A stretch of DNA of 27,926 bases from the IMG/VR virus record IMGVR_UViG_3300010203_000018, positions 1-27,926 of that record; one strand, written 5' to 3'. The notes beneath the pieces were generated by a model. The model was not told the origin of the DNA. It searched no databases and was given only the letters and a program-made list of their open reading frames with translations. A program made the position numbers and the translations under genes. This DNA comes from a virus (Duplodnaviria > Caudoviricetes). Below, one piece after another: positions 8,704 to 16,180 of the stretch; within the stretch, counting starts at the first letter, position 1; every line of letters starts with the position of its first letter.

Positions 8704-9086
8704 AAACCCTGCACGTCTACAATCGGCGCGAGATCATGCGCCGCGCCCACCAGATCGCCCGCGAGACCCGCGAGGCGATAGCCCGCAAGGCCTGGGAAGA
8801 CAGCCGCGAGGTCATTTGCGGCAAGATCACGCACACGAGGACGTTGAAGGCCTGCCTCGCGGCGACGCCGGTCGACTTCTCGGCCGCGATGAAGGCAGCC
8901 TGGGCGGAGGCCAAGCGCGGCGAGCCCGCGCGCGGCGTCGTGGATCGTTCGCGCGCGCTGGTCGTCCTGCGGCCTACCGGCGCGCTGGCGACCCGTCGCC
9001 CCCGCTTCCGCTTCTCGCGCGTGCTGCCGCTGCTGCGGCGCTTCGCGGCGTTCGTCGCCAGCCGGTACATCGGGAGGGCCGCGTGA
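8700..9086 (+). CDS. Hypothetical protein
   Basis: YNRREIMRRAH...FSAAMKAAWAEAK; ATGA coupling. Confidence 0.7.
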   Translation: MKTLHVYNRREIMRRAHQIARETREAIARKAWEDSREVICGKITHTRTLKACLAATPVDFSAAMKAAWAEAKRGEPARGVVDRSRALVVLRPTGALATRRPRFRFSRVLPLLRRFAAFVASRYIGRAA

Positions 9087-9292
9087 GAGTCCTCGTCTAC
9101 AATCTGACGACGCTCGGCTTCGCGTTGGCGGCCGGCGCCCAGATCGCTCGTGCGGACTGGTGGTTCGCCCTCGTTTGTGTCGCGGGCGCGGTCGTCTTTC
9201 TCGCGCTGGCCATGGATGAGGTGCGCCGGCGCGCGCTCGCGGAATTCGAGGACGTCTCCTTTCGCGCCTTCATTGGAGCGCGCCGTGGTTGA
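9083..9292 (+). CDS. Small membrane protein
   Basis: GTGA coupling with RBS GGGAGG; two hydrophobic stretches. Confidence 0.6.
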   Translation: MRVLVYNLTTLGFALAAGAQIARADWWFALVCVAGAVVFLALAMDEVRRRALAEFEDVSFRAFIGARRG

Positions 9293-9707
9293 GCGGCGCG
9301 TCTTCAAGCCGAAAAACGGCGCGGTGGCGCGCGCCTTCGAAACGACCTGGTGCGAGCATTGCTCGCGCCACGGTTCCGCCGCCGATCATTCGGGCTGTTG
9401 GATTTTGTTCGCGGCGGCGATCTACGACGCCGAGCAGCCGGAATATCCGCAGGAATGGATCCTCGGAGATCACGGGCCGGAATGCACGGCCTATGAGGCG
9501 ACGCCGTTCCCTCCCGACGCGGCCAAGCATCCCGACTATGCGCGCGGGTTTCTCGACGCCGTCGCCGGGGAGATCACGCCGCTCGACGCCAGCTTTTACT
9601 ATTGCTGCGGCTTTTCGGCCGGACTGCGCGCCAACGCGGTGTTCAACCGCGTGAACGTGCTGGTGGCGCGCGGCGGCGTCGGCATTTTGGCGGAGGGGCG
9701 GCGATGA
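9285..9707 (+). CDS. Hypothetical Cys-containing protein
   Basis: GTG after GGAG; WCEHC...C...YPQEW...PECTAY. Confidence 0.6.
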   Translation: MVERRVFKPKNGAVARAFETTWCEHCSRHGSAADHSGCWILFAAAIYDAEQPEYPQEWILGDHGPECTAYEATPFPPDAAKHPDYARGFLDAVAGEITPLDASFYYCCGFSAGLRANAVFNRVNVLVARGGVGILAEGRR

Positions 9708-10333
9708 GTCCGCGCCTCGACCAGACGCGCGCGATCCACGCGCTCCGCCGCGCCTCCGGCATGACCGAGGACGACTACCGGGCGCATCTTGAAGGCCGCT
9801 TCAAGGTGGTTTCAAGCCGCAATCTGACCGAGGCGCAGGCAGGCGTCCTTCTTGACGATCTGCGCGTGGCGGCAGGACAGCCCAAGCCCGCCGCGCGCTC
9901 GACGCGCGCTTCGGGGAAATTCGCCCCGGTGCTGCAGGCGCTGTGGCTGTCGGCGTACAATCTCGGGATCGTCGAGACCCCGAACGATGCGGCGCTGCTG
10001 GCCTTCGTGAAGCGCCAGTGCAAGGTCGATCATGACCGCTTCCTGCAGGATGGCGAGGCGGCGGCGCCTGTGATTGAGGCGCTCAAGGCGTGGATAGCGC
10101 GAGAGGCGAGCGTCGAGTGGGCGACCGGCGCGCGCGCGGCGACGCAGAACAAAATCCGCGTCATCACCGCCATTGCGCGGCGCATTCGCGCGGCCGGACT
10201 CGAGTCCTTCGATCTGACGCGCTTCGCCGCGCTGGAGGGCTTCGGCGAGCCCGACCAATGCACCGATCGGCAGCTCGACAAGCTGGCCACGAAAATGGGC
10301 GCGGTGCTGCGCCGGCAGATGGGGAGGGCTTGA
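9704..10333 (+). CDS. gemA: GemA / Mu gp16 (DUF1018) family regulator
   Basis: IHALRRASGMTEDDYRAHL...SSRNLTEAQ, ALW..., ALLAFVKRQ, VIEALKAW. Confidence 0.85.
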   Translation: MSPRLDQTRAIHALRRASGMTEDDYRAHLEGRFKVVSSRNLTEAQAGVLLDDLRVAAGQPKPAARSTRASGKFAPVLQALWLSAYNLGIVETPNDAALLAFVKRQCKVDHDRFLQDGEAAAPVIEALKAWIAREASVEWATGARAATQNKIRVITAIARRIRAAGLESFDLTRFAALEGFGEPDQCTDRQLDKLATKMGAVLRRQMGRA

Positions 10334-10629
10334 TGCAGGTGAAAATTCGCCTTGAAGGCGTCGACAAAGCGCGCCTGACCGCCCTGGCTTCGGCCGCAGG
10401 ATCATCGGTTGAGGAGACCGCGCACTCCATCTTGGCCTGCGTGCTCGCCGACGACGCCAGGATGCATGAGACGGCGGCGCCCGCCGCCCAGGCGCCGGAA
10501 ATTGAGATCGGAAAAGCGCAGATCAAGACGATCAAGGCCTTCGCCAGCGTCGGCAACGACGCCCGGTGGATCGCCCGGCGAGTCGATCTGCCGGTCGGGA
10601 TCGTGAAATCCATTCTTAAGTCGAAATAA
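10333..10629 (+). CDS. Small putative DNA-binding protein (RHH-like N-terminus, HTH-like C-terminus)
   Basis: MQVKIRLEGVDKARLTALASAAGSSVEE; WIARRVDLPVGIVKSIL; TGATG coupling. Confidence 0.6.
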   Translation: MQVKIRLEGVDKARLTALASAAGSSVEETAHSILACVLADDARMHETAAPAAQAPEIEIGKAQIKTIKAFASVGNDARWIARRVDLPVGIVKSILKSK

Positions 10630-10649
10630 GCGCCATGTTTCAGTTTGGT

Positions 10650-10678
10650 TTGACGGCCCGCATCAATCTGAATAGGTT
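10650..10678 (+). promoter_or_regulatory. Sigma70-type promoter of the C4-like cassette
   Basis: TTGACG (10650-10655)-17 bp-TAGGTT (10673-10678). Confidence 0.65.
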
Positions 10679-10685
10679 TTCGCCG

Positions 10686-10866
10686 TCCGGTCCCGCCGTG
10701 GAAAGCGGCCTGGATAATCACCGTAAGCGGCTACGCCCCGAAATCGCGTCGATCGACGTGCATCCGGGAGCCGCGCGCGTATGTCCAGGGCTTGGCGCGC
10801 CGCAAGGCGACCCTGAGCCTAAAGGCTCGCGGGCATCGGCTTACGGCGGTGTTTCCAACTCCCGGA
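10686..10866 (+). ncRNA. C4 antisense RNA-like element with upstream a1/b1-type target sites
   Basis: TGGAAA(10699)/TTTCCA(10852) and CCGTAAGC(10721)/GCTTACGG(10839) complementarities; closing stem TCCGGGAG(10763)/CTCCCGGA(10859); GCAA tetraloop hairpin 10798-10809; hairpin 10815-10828. Confidence 0.6.
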
Positions 10867-10899
10867 GTCCGCGTCAGCGGGCTCAGAGAGGTGTTCGTT

Positions 10900-11190
10900 G
10901 TGAGTATTACGTTTTCCGATTGTTCGGGCGCCCAGCGGTGCCCCGTTCTCGCGCTCGACGTGTCGCACCAGGATTTTCTGGATTATTGCGCTGTGCACCG
11001 CAATTTGGCGATCGCCAGCAACAGGACGGCGGCGTTGGTGCGTGCGATGCGCGCCGTCGCATCTATGATCGCCGAGGGCCGCGCCCTTTCTGTTACACAG
11101 GAAGATATAGCCGGTTTGATGGATCTGCTGACGCATCAGGCCGAGTTCATCCAGCGTCAGCTCGACGCGGTGACCGACCAGGTAGTCTGA
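10900..11190 (+). CDS. Hypothetical protein downstream of the C4-like RNA (frame is open from TTG 10792, ash-like arrangement)
   Basis: RBS GAGAGG then GTG 10900; helical C-terminus; lower GC. Confidence 0.55.
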   Translation: MSITFSDCSGAQRCPVLALDVSHQDFLDYCAVHRNLAIASNRTAALVRAMRAVASMIAEGRALSVTQEDIAGLMDLLTHQAEFIQRQLDAVTDQVV

Positions 11191-11224
11191 AGGTTGATCG
11201 CGACGTTCATGCGGCGAGGTCCGC

Positions 11225-11479
11225 ATGAACACGCTCGACGCACTCCTGATCGAAATGCGCCTGACCTATGCAGAGCGGCGCGACCGCCTGGAAGCTGCGC
11301 AGATGGCGCTCGTCCGCGGAGACAAGCGCGCCCCGTTCACGGTCGAGGAAATAGCCAAGCGGCGCGGGCGCCTGCCCCAACTCGAAGCGGTTGGGCGCGG
11401 CCTTGCGGTCATCGCAGGCCGGCGTGGAGAGGTCCCGGCGTGGATTCTTGAAGCGTTTGAGGGAGGCCAGGATGCCTGA
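11225..11479 (+). CDS. Hypothetical protein
   Basis: RBS GAGG; 84 aa; overlaps next gene. Confidence 0.65.
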   Translation: MNTLDALLIEMRLTYAERRDRLEAAQMALVRGDKRAPFTVEEIAKRRGRLPQLEAVGRGLAVIAGRRGEVPAWILEAFEGGQDA

Positions 11480-12068
11480 CCTTTTCCCGCCGCTCCCGCG
11501 TCGCCGCTACGACATCATCTCCGCCGATCCGCCTTGGACTGTCGAGACCTATTCGCCCAAGGGCTGGGAGAAGGCGCCGCAGAAGCATTACGCCTGCCTG
11601 TCGATCGAGGACATTTGCGCCCTCGATGTCGGCAGCGTGGCGCGGCCTGACGCCTGGTTGTTTCTCTGGACGTCCGCCCCGCTGCTGGAGCGCGCCTTCG
11701 AGGTCATGCGCGCCTGGGGCTTTCCCTATTGCACGCGCCTCGCTTGGCGAAAGGTGACGCGGATCGGGAAGGTGCGCACCGGGCCGGGCTTCGTGGTGCG
11801 GACGCAGCACGAGGACATTCTGATCGGCAAGCGCGGCGGTCCAGTCTATGCGAGCGCGCTCGAATCCCTGCTCGACGCGGCCGAGGGCACGATGTTCGAC
11901 GGGATCGCGCGACGGCACAGCGAGAAGCCCGAGGAGTTTTACACGGCGGTCGAGCAGTTCAAACCGATCGCTTTCCGGCTCGACCTGTTCTCGCGCACCA
12001 ACCGGCCCGGCTGGGATTGTTGGGGCGACCAGGCCGGCATTTTCGGGGAGGCGGCCGATGCCGGATGA
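11472..12068 (+). CDS. MT-A70 family N6-adenine methyltransferase
   Basis: YDIISADPPW, LFLWT, AWGF, HSEKPEEFY, LDLFSR, GWDCWGDQ. Confidence 0.92.
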   Translation: MPDLFPPLPRRRYDIISADPPWTVETYSPKGWEKAPQKHYACLSIEDICALDVGSVARPDAWLFLWTSAPLLERAFEVMRAWGFPYCTRLAWRKVTRIGKVRTGPGFVVRTQHEDILIGKRGGPVYASALESLLDAAEGTMFDGIARRHSEKPEEFYTAVEQFKPIAFRLDLFSRTNRPGWDCWGDQAGIFGEAADAG

Positions 12069-12486
12069 ATATTTCTACCTGCCGGGCGTGTTGCGCGAGA
12101 TCGCCGAAGTGGCTGGCCTGCCGGCGGCGCTGGCCATCGCCGAGGCCAAGGGAGGCACGCGCGCCCATTTTCCTGTGCGCACAGCGCAGGGACACTGGTT
12201 GCCGGAGTTAGTTGGCGCCGATGCGGCGGAAAAAATCTGCATGCACTTCCGGTCAACCGCGCGTGGCGGCGTCGGTGTCGACGTCCCACTCGGTCCAAAG
12301 GGCTATTACATGAAGGTCCGCAAAAGGGCTCTTGAAATGATCGGCGAAGGCATGTCAACTGACGCCATCGCGCGGCGCTTGGGAGTCTCTCGGACCATGA
12401 TCAAGCGTATGAAGGCGAGCGAACGCGCGGCGCGCGAGTCTAGAGGCGAGCCTGCGCCGCCTCCGCGTCAAGGCTCCCTCTTCTGA
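12058..12486 (+). CDS. Mor/C-like late transcription activator
   Basis: LPGVLREIAEVAGLPAALAIAEAKGG..FP and C-terminal HTH (IARRLGVSRTMI); position just before lysis genes. Confidence 0.85.
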   Translation: MPDEYFYLPGVLREIAEVAGLPAALAIAEAKGGTRAHFPVRTAQGHWLPELVGADAAEKICMHFRSTARGGVGVDVPLGPKGYYMKVRKRALEMIGEGMSTDAIARRLGVSRTMIKRMKASERAARESRGEPAPPPRQGSLF

Positions 12487-12500
12487 TTTAAGTGCTATGA

Positions 12501-12546
12501 GGGTTCTCTAGACCCCGTAATTGGGGGGTCACGTGACCCCTAGGCT
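12501..12546 (+). promoter_or_regulatory. Candidate activator-dependent late promoter (lysis operon)
   Basis: GGGTTCTCTAGACCCC (12501-12516), perfect palindrome GGGGTCACGTGACCCC (12525-12540), -10-like TAGGCT (12541-12546). Confidence 0.55.
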
Positions 12547-12571
12547 CCTTCGAACCGAAGGAGCCTTTGCT

Positions 12572-13126
12572 TTGACCTTTCTCGCGACCCCTCTGGGCCT
12601 CACGCCGGCCGAATTCACGTTTTACGCCGCCAAGCTCAAATGGCCGCGCTGGCGTCCTGCCTTCATCACCCTGCACAACACTGCCGAGCCGAACCTCAAG
12701 CAGTGGGCGCATTTCGGGCTGGGCCACGAGGATGGCGCGCAGCGCATCCGCAACCTCAACCATTACTATCATTCGGAGAAGGGCTGGCATTCCGGCCCGC
12801 ACCTGTTCGTCGCGCCCGACTTGATCTGGATCGCCTGCGACCTGGAGGCGGACGGCGTCCACGCGAGCTGCTTCAACAAGGTCTCGATCGGCGTCGAAAT
12901 GGTCGGCGACTATTCGGTCGAGAGCTTCACCACGGGCGACGGCGCCAAGGTGCGCGACAACGCCGCTGCTGCAGTCGGCGCGCTGTGCCATGCGCTCGGG
13001 ATCGGCCCGGACACCCTGCGATTCCACAAGGAATGTCTGCGCGACCATCACGACTGTCCCGGCAAGAATGTGGACAAGGCCGACTTCATTTCGCGCGTGC
13101 GCCAGCACATGGGGGCGGCGGCGTGA
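12572..13126 (+). CDS. Endolysin, N-acetylmuramoyl-L-alanine amidase (Amidase_2)
   Basis: ITLHNTA, SIGVEMVG, FHKE...HDCPGK zinc ligands; TTG start after AAGGAG. Confidence 0.9.
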   Translation: MTFLATPLGLTPAEFTFYAAKLKWPRWRPAFITLHNTAEPNLKQWAHFGLGHEDGAQRIRNLNHYYHSEKGWHSGPHLFVAPDLIWIACDLEADGVHASCFNKVSIGVEMVGDYSVESFTTGDGAKVRDNAAAAVGALCHALGIGPDTLRFHKECLRDHHDCPGKNVDKADFISRVRQHMGAAA

Positions 13127-13148
13127 TCCTGCTCGGGAGCTTCTTGCC

Positions 13149-13511
13149 GTGAGCCGGGCGAAGAATTCCCGCCCAAGCGGGCGGGAACTGGCCGGGATGT
13201 TGTCCCGGATTGCAAACCTCGAAACCAAAGTGAGCACCTGTATGTCCGCAATCGAAGACCTCAAGGCGTCCGTCGCGCGCCTGACTGCGTCGGTGTCCGG
13301 CGCCGTCACGACGATCCAGGCGGAAGCCGGCAAGATCAGCGCCGCCCTCGCCGATGGCGACGCCGACGCGATCGAGGCGTCCGTCGCCCAGATCAACGCC
13401 GCCTCCGACGCGCTCAACGCCGCCGTGTCGGCCGTGGAACCCGCTCCGGCTGTCGCCGCCGAACCGGCCGCGCCGGCCGCGCCGGCCGAGGCTCCCGAAG
13501 CCCAGGCGTAA
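13149..13511 (+). CDS. Ala-rich coiled-coil hypothetical protein (start uncertain: 13149, 13197 or 13242)
   Basis: Strong GC3 bias; lies between endolysin and holin. Confidence 0.65.
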   Translation: MSRAKNSRPSGRELAGMLSRIANLETKVSTCMSAIEDLKASVARLTASVSGAVTTIQAEAGKISAALADGDADAIEASVAQINAASDALNAAVSAVEPAPAVAAEPAAPAAPAEAPEAQA

Positions 13512-13520
13512 GGAGTAGCC

Positions 13521-13727
13521 ATGAATCTCGCCACCATCATCGGCAACGGCAAGACCTTCGCAGGCGCCGGCATCCTCATCTCGGCCGGAATTCTGAATTA
13601 TTTCGGCGCTCTGCCGCCGAGCCTGCATATCGACCTGTCGCCGGCCTCGGCCGTCGCCACCGGCCTGATCTCGCTCGGCCTCGGCGCCAAGCTTCAGACG
13701 CTTATCGGCCTGCTGCAGAGCAAATGA
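13521..13727 (+). CDS. Putative holin
   Basis: 68 aa, two hydrophobic segments, GKT motif, RBS AAGGAG, lysis cassette position. Confidence 0.65.
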   Translation: MNLATIIGNGKTFAGAGILISAGILNYFGALPPSLHIDLSPASAVATGLISLGLGAKLQTLIGLLQSK

Positions 13728-14032
13728 TGAGCTTCCTCGCGCCCATTTTCGTCTTCCTGGTCGAGGTCGCAAAGGCTCTCAACCTTTGGCAGACGAAATC
13801 GGGCCGCGACCAGGACCGGCAGGCGGGCGCCGACGCGCTCGCCTCCGACATCGACGCCGAAACCGTGGAGACCGCCGATGCGCAGCTGGCGAACGATCGG
13901 GCTGCTCGCTCTGTCGACGATATTGCTGACCGGTTGCAACACGACGCCGAATCCGAAGATCGCGGCGGCGCTAGCGCCGCTCAAAGCCCGCTGCGGCCAG
14001 TCGACCCAATGGACGGCGGCGCAAAAGCGTGA
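13724..14032 (+). CDS. Putative i-spanin (Rz-like)
   Basis: N-terminal hydrophobic anchor; overlapped by lipoprotein gene in another frame. Confidence 0.6.
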   Translation: MMSFLAPIFVFLVEVAKALNLWQTKSGRDQDRQAGADALASDIDAETVETADAQLANDRAARSVDDIADRLQHDAESEDRGGASAAQSPLRPVDPMDGGAKA

Positions 14033-14141
14033 TGTCGCGGCGGTGATGCGCCGCGAACGCACAGACCCCGGCATGCAACTGCTGGCGGAGGAATGGGATC
14101 GCGAGACCAGCGCGATCCAGATTTGCAGGGACGGCAAATGA
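13878..14141 (+). CDS. Putative o-spanin lipoprotein (Rz1-like)
   Basis: Signal peptide with lipobox LLTG-C; RBS GGAG at 13867; overlapped-spanin geometry. Confidence 0.7.
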   Translation: MRSWRTIGLLALSTILLTGCNTTPNPKIAAALAPLKARCGQSTQWTAAQKRDVAAVMRRERTDPGMQLLAEEWDRETSAIQICRDGK

Positions 14142-14377
14142 GCGCGGCGACTCTCGACGGCGGCCACCTCAAAAGCTTCATCGACCGCATCGAGCGTCTC
14201 GAAGAAGAAAAGAAGGCCATCTCCGACGACATCAAGGACGCCTACGCCGAAGCCAAGGGCAACGGCTACGACGTCAAGATCATGCGCAAAATCGTGAGCC
14301 TGCGGAAGCAGGACAAGGCCAAGCGCAACGAGGAAGAGGAAATTCTCGACCTCTATATGTCCGCGCTCGACGAATGA
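14138..14377 (+). CDS. gapR: GapR / DUF2312 nucleoid-associated protein
   Basis: [49 protein letters not shown]...[12 protein letters not shown]. Confidence 0.93.
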   Translation: MSAATLDGGHLKSFIDRIERLEEEKKAISDDIKDAYAEAKGNGYDVKIMRKIVSLRKQDKAKRNEEEEILDLYMSALDE

Positions 14378-14637
14378 GCCGGGCCGCGCTGGTCGAGCGG
14401 GAAGCGCGCCGGCGCGCGGTCGAGGGCGGCTTCGACCCGGACATGCCGGCGTCGCAGCTTTCGACGTTCGATGGCGACGACGATCCGATCTGGCGGGTTT
14501 ACGCCCGCCATGTCGACACGGAGATCGGCCGCCTGGAGGCGGCCGGATTCCAGATTCTTCCGGCGGGGGACGAAGCGTTCCATGCCGTTTTCACCAGTGT
14601 TTTGGCGCGCCTCGGGCGCTTGATGGGAATGAGCTGA
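14374..14637 (+). CDS. Hypothetical protein
   Basis: ATGA/TGATG coupling on both sides. Confidence 0.65.
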   Translation: MSRAALVEREARRRAVEGGFDPDMPASQLSTFDGDDDPIWRVYARHVDTEIGRLEAAGFQILPAGDEAFHAVFTSVLARLGRLMGMS

Positions 14638-14945
14638 TGGATTCGGGGACGATGGCGCAATGGGGCGCGGTGATCATTGCGTTGACGGCGCTCGTCGTCG
14701 CCTGGATCAACCGGCGCACCGACAAGATCGAAGGGCTGGAGACGGCGCAGGACGTGTTGGAGCGCCGGGTCGCCGCGATTGAGACTGAGGTCAAGCACCT
14801 CCCCGGCGTGGACCTGGTGCATGAGCTACAGCTCGCGCTGACGCAGATGCGCGGCGACATGAACACGCTGCTGGCGCGCGTCGAGCCGATCAAGGCGATT
14901 GCCGAGCGCATGCAGGATTGGGCTCTGGAGGGCCGCGTGAAATGA
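14637..14945 (+). CDS. DUF2730-like protein (N-terminal TM plus coiled coil)
   Basis: RVAAIETEVKHLP...HELQLALTQMRG; usual position before gp26/gp27. Confidence 0.75.
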   Translation: MDSGTMAQWGAVIIALTALVVAWINRRTDKIEGLETAQDVLERRVAAIETEVKHLPGVDLVHELQLALTQMRGDMNTLLARVEPIKAIAERMQDWALEGRVK

Positions 14946-15244
14946 GCTTCGCAAGTCGCATGGAAGAAGAGGCGCGGCTGGTCATCCTACGGGTTCTTTC
15001 CGAGCAGCCGGACCTGCGCGTGAATTCGTCGATGCTGCGCGACGAGCTGGACGCGCTGTGGGGCATCAATCGCACCCGCGACTGGCTGCATGTCCAGCTC
15101 GGCTGGCTCGCCGAAATGGGCGCCATCACGGTGCAGGACGTGGCCACGGTCAAAATCGCCACCTTGACCGCGCGTGGCCTCGACCATGTCGAGCGGCGCA
15201 TCGTGCTGCCGGGCGTGAAGCGGCCGTCGCCGGCGGAGGCGTAA
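14942..15244 (+). CDS. Mu gp26-like winged-helix protein
   Basis: RLVILRVLSEQP...NSSML...QLGWLAEMGAI...ATLTARGLDHVE...PGVKRPSP. Confidence 0.85.
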   Translation: MSFASRMEEEARLVILRVLSEQPDLRVNSSMLRDELDALWGINRTRDWLHVQLGWLAEMGAITVQDVATVKIATLTARGLDHVERRIVLPGVKRPSPAEA

Positions 15245-15811
15245 ATGGCGGACGGGCGCGGCCGGCTGTCTTCGCTCGACCTGCTGCCCGATGAGGCGCA
15301 GGACGATATCGTCTGGGCGATGGGCGAGCTGAACAGGCGCCAGCGGACGCAGGCTGATATCCTGTTCGAATTGAACGACCGGCTAGCGGTGAAGGGGATC
15401 GATCCGATCTCTAAATCGGCGTTCAATCGGCGTTCAATCCGGGTCGCCAACGCCGCCAAGAAGATTTCCGAGCGCCGCGCCCTATTCGAAGGGCTGGCGC
15501 CGCAGTTCACGCCGGAGAAGATTTCCGAGGCCGATGTCGTGATCGGCGAGCTGATCAAGACGCTCATCACCGAGCTGCTCGATCGCGACGCCGGCGAGTT
15601 CGATCCCAAGGGCGCGATGGAGCTTTCCCGCGCCTACAAGCACACGATCGAGGGGCAGAGGCTCAGCGGCGACGCCAAGCGCAGGGCGATGGCGGAATTC
15701 GACAAGAAGGTCGCCGGGGCCGTGGACGCGGTGTCCAAGACGGCCGGCATCACCGCCGACGCGCGGCGCGCGATCATGGAGCAGCTCGGCGTAATACAGA
15801 AGGGGGCGTAG
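15245..15811 (+). CDS. Terminase small subunit (Mu gp27 / DUF3486)
   Basis: GRGRLSSLDLLP, ISKSAFNR. Confidence 0.85.
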   Translation: MADGRGRLSSLDLLPDEAQDDIVWAMGELNRRQRTQADILFELNDRLAVKGIDPISKSAFNRRSIRVANAAKKISERRALFEGLAPQFTPEKISEADVVIGELIKTLITELLDRDAGEFDPKGAMELSRAYKHTIEGQRLSGDAKRRAMAEFDKKVAGAVDAVSKTAGITADARRAIMEQLGVIQKGA

Positions 15812-15814
15812 GGC

Positions 15815-16180
15815 GTGATCCTCTGCACCAGCATTCCGAAGCCGCGAATTGACGACCGTCTCCGATTGCATCTGATTGGGCGGGAATTCTGCCGCTTCTA
15901 TCTTTCTCGCGGCGGTGACTCTGCACAGCTCGGATGGTCCGCTGGACGCCTCATGGCTCTGCTTCTCGCTCGGGAAGGCTGTTTTGTGTCTCTGGATGAG
16001 ACCGTCGATTTCTTGTGGCTCGATGACGCGGACGGCGGCCCGTTGAATGTCGCTAACTCTCGCAACAAGCTTCTGGTCATTCTGAGGCGTTTCGGCTGGC
16101 GTTTTGGCTTTTCGATCTCGGTCAATAAGGGCCTCGGCGCGCGGTTGGAGGTCTTGCCCGCGACAATGATCGCTGCATGA
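15815..16180 (+). CDS. Stand-alone OmpR/PhoB-type winged-helix-like protein (insertion)
   Basis: LMALLLAREGCFVSLDETVDFLW...LRRF...ISVNKGLGARL; T-rich atypical codon use; ATGA-coupled to large terminase. Confidence 0.6.
   Translation: MILCTSIPKPRIDDRLRLHLIGREFCRFYLSRGGDSAQLGWSAGRLMALLLAREGCFVSLDETVDFLWLDDADGGPLNVANSRNKLLVILRRFGWRFGFSISVNKGLGARLEVLPATMIAA

Noticed and set aside
10635-11228. 197-aa ORF spanning the C4-like cassette
   Set aside because: Starts upstream of the predicted promoter, has no clear RBS and an Arg/Gly/Pro-rich off-frame composition
15459-15529. Direct repeat AGAAGATTTCCGAG occurring twice in the small terminase gene
   Set aside because: Only two copies, both in frame encoding KISE; likely coding coincidence, not an array
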